Positions 43,857 through 46,182 of a stretch of 46,182 nucleotides of DNA are shown here, one piece after another. The stretch's first letter is position 1. The number at the start of each line of letters is the position of its first letter. The notes below the pieces were generated by a model that did no database searches, was not told the DNA's origin, and saw only the letters and a list, made by a program, of their open reading frames with translations. Origin of the DNA: Dehalococcoidia bacterium (GTDB taxonomy: Bacteria; Chloroflexota; Dehalococcoidia; Lucifugimonadales; Lucifugimonadaceae); NCBI GenBank assembly GCA_963579925.1, contig CAUZJA010000001.1, forward strand, positions 1 through 46,182. The letters are read 5' to 3'. The position numbers were made by a program, and so were the translations under genes.

Positions 43857-45067
43857 CCAACACAGGACGAGGCGGCAGGGTAGGGCCGGTGGCGTGCATG
43901 CTAATCCCGCACTTCCCGTGGCAAACAGAAGTGCGCCGCAACCCCGATCTGAAAGACCAGTCAGCGCTGATCATCAACATTGCTGCTAACGGCTCGGGCC
44001 GGACGATCCTCGACTGGTCGCCTGATATCGAGAGCGTGCTGCCGGGAATGCCGCTCCAAGAAGCACTTTCTCGCAACAAAGGCGCGCTGATCATCGAGCC
44101 GGATATGTCCCACTATGAGGTCGCATTCGGACGACTGCTCAAGGTGCTGGAAGAGCGCTGCCCGGATGTGGAAGACGACGGCCTGGGTAGGGCGTACGTT
44201 GGCATCTGGGGACTGGAAAGCCTCTACGGTGATGACGCCCGTGTGGTGCAGATCCTGGCCAACGCCATTCGGCAGTATGACCTGCGGATAGGTGTTGGCG
44301 ACAACAAGTGGGTCTCATACGTGGCCGCACTGCAAAGCGGACCCAACAGCGGCCGAAAGGTCACCGGCGACCCCGGCAGCTTCCTGAGCAACCTGGCGGT
44401 CGACATACTGCCGGTCGACTATCGAATAGTGCAGCGGCTGCATGGATTCGGGTTGAAAAAGCTTGGCGAGGTGTCCGGGCTTCCGGAAGGTTCTTTCCAG
44501 GCGCAGTTTGGCGCTGAGGGGAAACTGGTCTGGGAACTGGCAAACGGCTTCGACTCACGTCCGCTGGTGTCGCGCCGATCAGAGGAGATCGTCTCTGAGT
44601 ACCTGATGTTCCCGGACGCAACGGTCAGCATGCCAACCATCGTTACCGGCATCGAGAGCCTGCTCTCGCGATCGTACTCGCGCCCGCAACTGGCTCAGCG
44701 ATATGCGCGTCAGGCCGTACTGGAAGCAAGCGTGTTCCGTCGGCCTCCATGGACAATGCGCGTCGCCTTCAAAGAGCCAGCAGGGGACCGATCGCACGCG
44801 CTTTTCGGCATAAAAACTCGACTGGACACGCTGGAAATTCCCGGCCCACTGGAAGACATGCGCCTCACACTCTCCGGCCTCACAGGCGAAGCCGGGCAGC
44901 AGGGATCAATGTGGACAGAAGTTCGGCGCAGTCAGCAGATGCAGGAGACCATCAGCCAACTACAGGCCCGGCTGGGCGTAGCACCACCAATCTACAAAGT
45001 CAGAGAGCTGGAACCATGGTCACGAATTCCGGAGCGGAGACACGCTCTGGTGCAATTAAGCTCCTGA
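43853..45067 (+). CDS. imuB: ImuB-like Y-family polymerase homologue (catalytically inactive type), N-terminal ~400 aa
   Basis: N-terminus VACMLIPHFPWQTEVRRNPDL lacks the D-x-D acidic motif of active Y-family polymerases. Palm/fingers/little-finger-like layout. Neighbours dnaE2. Confidence 0.8.
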   Translation: MTNTGRGGRVGPVACMLIPHFPWQTEVRRNPDLKDQSALIINIAANGSGRTILDWSPDIESVLPGMPLQEALSRNKGALIIEPDMSHYEVAFGRLLKVLEERCPDVEDDGLGRAYVGIWGLESLYGDDARVVQILANAIRQYDLRIGVGDNKWVSYVAALQSGPNSGRKVTGDPGSFLSNLAVDILPVDYRIVQRLHGFGLKKLGEVSGLPEGSFQAQFGAEGKLVWELANGFDSRPLVSRRSEEIVSEYLMFPDATVSMPTIVTGIESLLSRSYSRPQLAQRYARQAVLEASVFRRPPWTMRVAFKEPAGDRSHALFGIKTRLDTLEIPGPLEDMRLTLSGLTGEAGQQGSMWTEVRRSQQMQETISQLQARLGVAPPIYKVRELEPWSRIPERRHALVQLSS

Positions 45068-45408
45068 ACCAACCGGAGCCGGTAGACGTGCTCACAGATG
45101 ACACAGGCAACCCGCTATCCGTCTCAGTCCGCATCACCCTGCCCACCAGCAGCCCGACGGGTAAGCCTGATCGCAAACCCGCCCCCAAACAGTCACCCGG
45201 CCCCAGACGCAGGCGATCCCCCCGCGTATCGAAGATGCACAGGGTGCAGTCCGTAGACGATCGCTGGAAGGTGAACGACGAGTGGTGGCGCGGCCCAGAT
45301 CAGGAGATAGAGCGAATGTACTACTCGCTGCTATTGGAAAACGGCCATCGGGTAGTCGTCTATCGCGATATGAAGGCAAACAGCTGGTACCGCCAGTTTT
45401 CGCGCTGA
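45016..45408 (+). CDS. ImuB C-terminal module in a different frame (separate ORF or frameshifted continuation)
   Basis: ...LLNQPEPVDVLTDDTGNPLSV...RVQSVDDRWKVNDEWWRGPDQEIERMYYSLLLENGHRVVVYRDMKANSWYRQ resembles, from memory, the conserved ImuB C-terminus (ERI..EWW...RDYF...G...W). It overlaps the end of 43853-45067 by 52 nt in the -1 frame. Confidence 0.6.
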   Translation: MVTNSGAETRSGAIKLLNQPEPVDVLTDDTGNPLSVSVRITLPTSSPTGKPDRKPAPKQSPGPRRRRSPRVSKMHRVQSVDDRWKVNDEWWRGPDQEIERMYYSLLLENGHRVVVYRDMKANSWYRQFSR

Positions 45409-45453
45409 CAAAAAGGTTTGAGGCAACCGGGACATCGTCAGCGGGGATCTGGG

Positions 45454-46011
45454 TTATTCAATCCAGAGGATGGGAGCAAAACTGCCAAAGTTAGAAGCAA
45501 TTGCAGATATATCTAAGATGTCGACGATCCCATTTGCGTTCATATCCACAACTCGGCCCTGTGCATCAATTCGGTCAACTATCACTTGACCAAACGAGGC
45601 AGCGGAGGCGCTGATATCGCGTATTGAAACTACATCATCACCATCCACTAAGCCTGCTCGTAGTTCTACAGGCGAAAGCTCAATTGATGGTCCTACTAAA
45701 ACTAGACCTTGTCGTAGGGCGGAAATAAATCCGGGCGCTGTTGCCACAAGATCGTACGATCCCCCAGAAAGGATTGAGAAGTCAAAACTGCCATCAGAGG
45801 CGACAACGACCGTCGTAGAGGTTCCACCAGCATCAGGAATCAGGGTAACCGTCGGGCCAATGAGAGTGAAAGCAGTCGAAGAAGAAACCACTCCCTGGAG
45901 TGAGATGTGTCCACTCACGGAGGAGACCACATTAACCATGTAGTCCTTTACAGAGGTGTTCCCGGAAAATTGGACAGTGGGATAAGTGGATTCGCTGCCT
46001 GAGTGAGGCAT
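45454..46011 (-). pseudogene. 5'-truncated remnant of a cell-surface protein (CarboxypepD_reg-like beta-sandwich + two dockerin-like repeats)
   Basis: VVASDGSFDFSILSGGSYDLVATAPGF, then DGDDVVSIRDISASAASFG and DMNANGIVDILDISAIASNFG. No signal peptide or credible N-terminus. Visibly lower GC than the neighbours. It abuts an IS3-family end. Confidence 0.55.
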
Positions 46012-46040
46012 GATAATGCCTCGTGAAACAGGCGCGAAAA

Positions 46041-46182
46041 ATGAGCAGACGACCCCGCCGTAACCACTCGGCAGACTTCAAGGCTAAGGTGGCGCTTGCC
46101 GCCATCCGCGATGATCGAACACTGGCTGAGTTGGCAAGTCAGTTTGATGTACACCCGAATCAGATCACGCAGTGGAAGACCC
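46041..46182 (+). mobile_element. IS3-family insertion sequence, 5' part (orfA transposase, partial at window edge)
   Basis: ATG at 46041 gives [47 protein letters not shown], the typical IS3/IS911 OrfA HTH N-terminus. The left IR probably lies within about 46000-46040. Confidence 0.8.

Overview
High-GC (by eye roughly 55-60%) bacterial chromosomal segment, densely coding. The gene content and an AGAAC-N4-GTTCT SOS box are compatible with a Chloroflexota/SAR202-like or other Gram-positive-type lineage, but that is inference only. The left ~23 kb is catabolic housekeeping: Gfo/Idh/MocA oxidoreductase; a CoxM/S/L-type molybdoenzyme operon plus a MoaD-like protein; amidohydrolases; an amidase with a GatC/AtzG-like mini-subunit; two enolase-superfamily enzymes; aminotransferase; SDRs; alpha/beta hydrolase; FAD oxidase. 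It is interrupted by an orphan beta-class DNA methyltransferase, a complete IS481-family element and REP-like hairpin clusters. The right half is more accessory. (i) An OmpR/HK two-component system is preceded by an unusual acidic 'FEF'-repeat exported protein. (ii) An all-minus-strand island carries four translationally coupled Eis-like GNAT paralogues, a bicupin, a decayed PAT-type GNAT and three tandem DHA2 MFS exporters. One exporter is frameshifted and one is preceded by a 21-bp tandem repeat that encodes a heptad-repeat leader uORF. (iii) A non-canonical SOS mutagenesis locus has dnaE2 divergent from a DUF72-imuB operon under a perfect 16-bp LexA-type palindrome. There is no imuA, the ImuB C-terminal module is in a separate frame, and a repeat-bounded GIY-YIG gene sits between dnaE2 and the SOS box. 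The window ends in a truncated dockerin-like gene remnant and the 5' end of an IS3-family element. At least four independent frame disruptions (Nudix relic, PAT GNAT, MFS3, ImuB) mean either real gene decay or assembly indels; this must be checked against reads. No rRNA, tRNA or CRISPR was seen. All family calls are from motif reading of the translations, not database searches.
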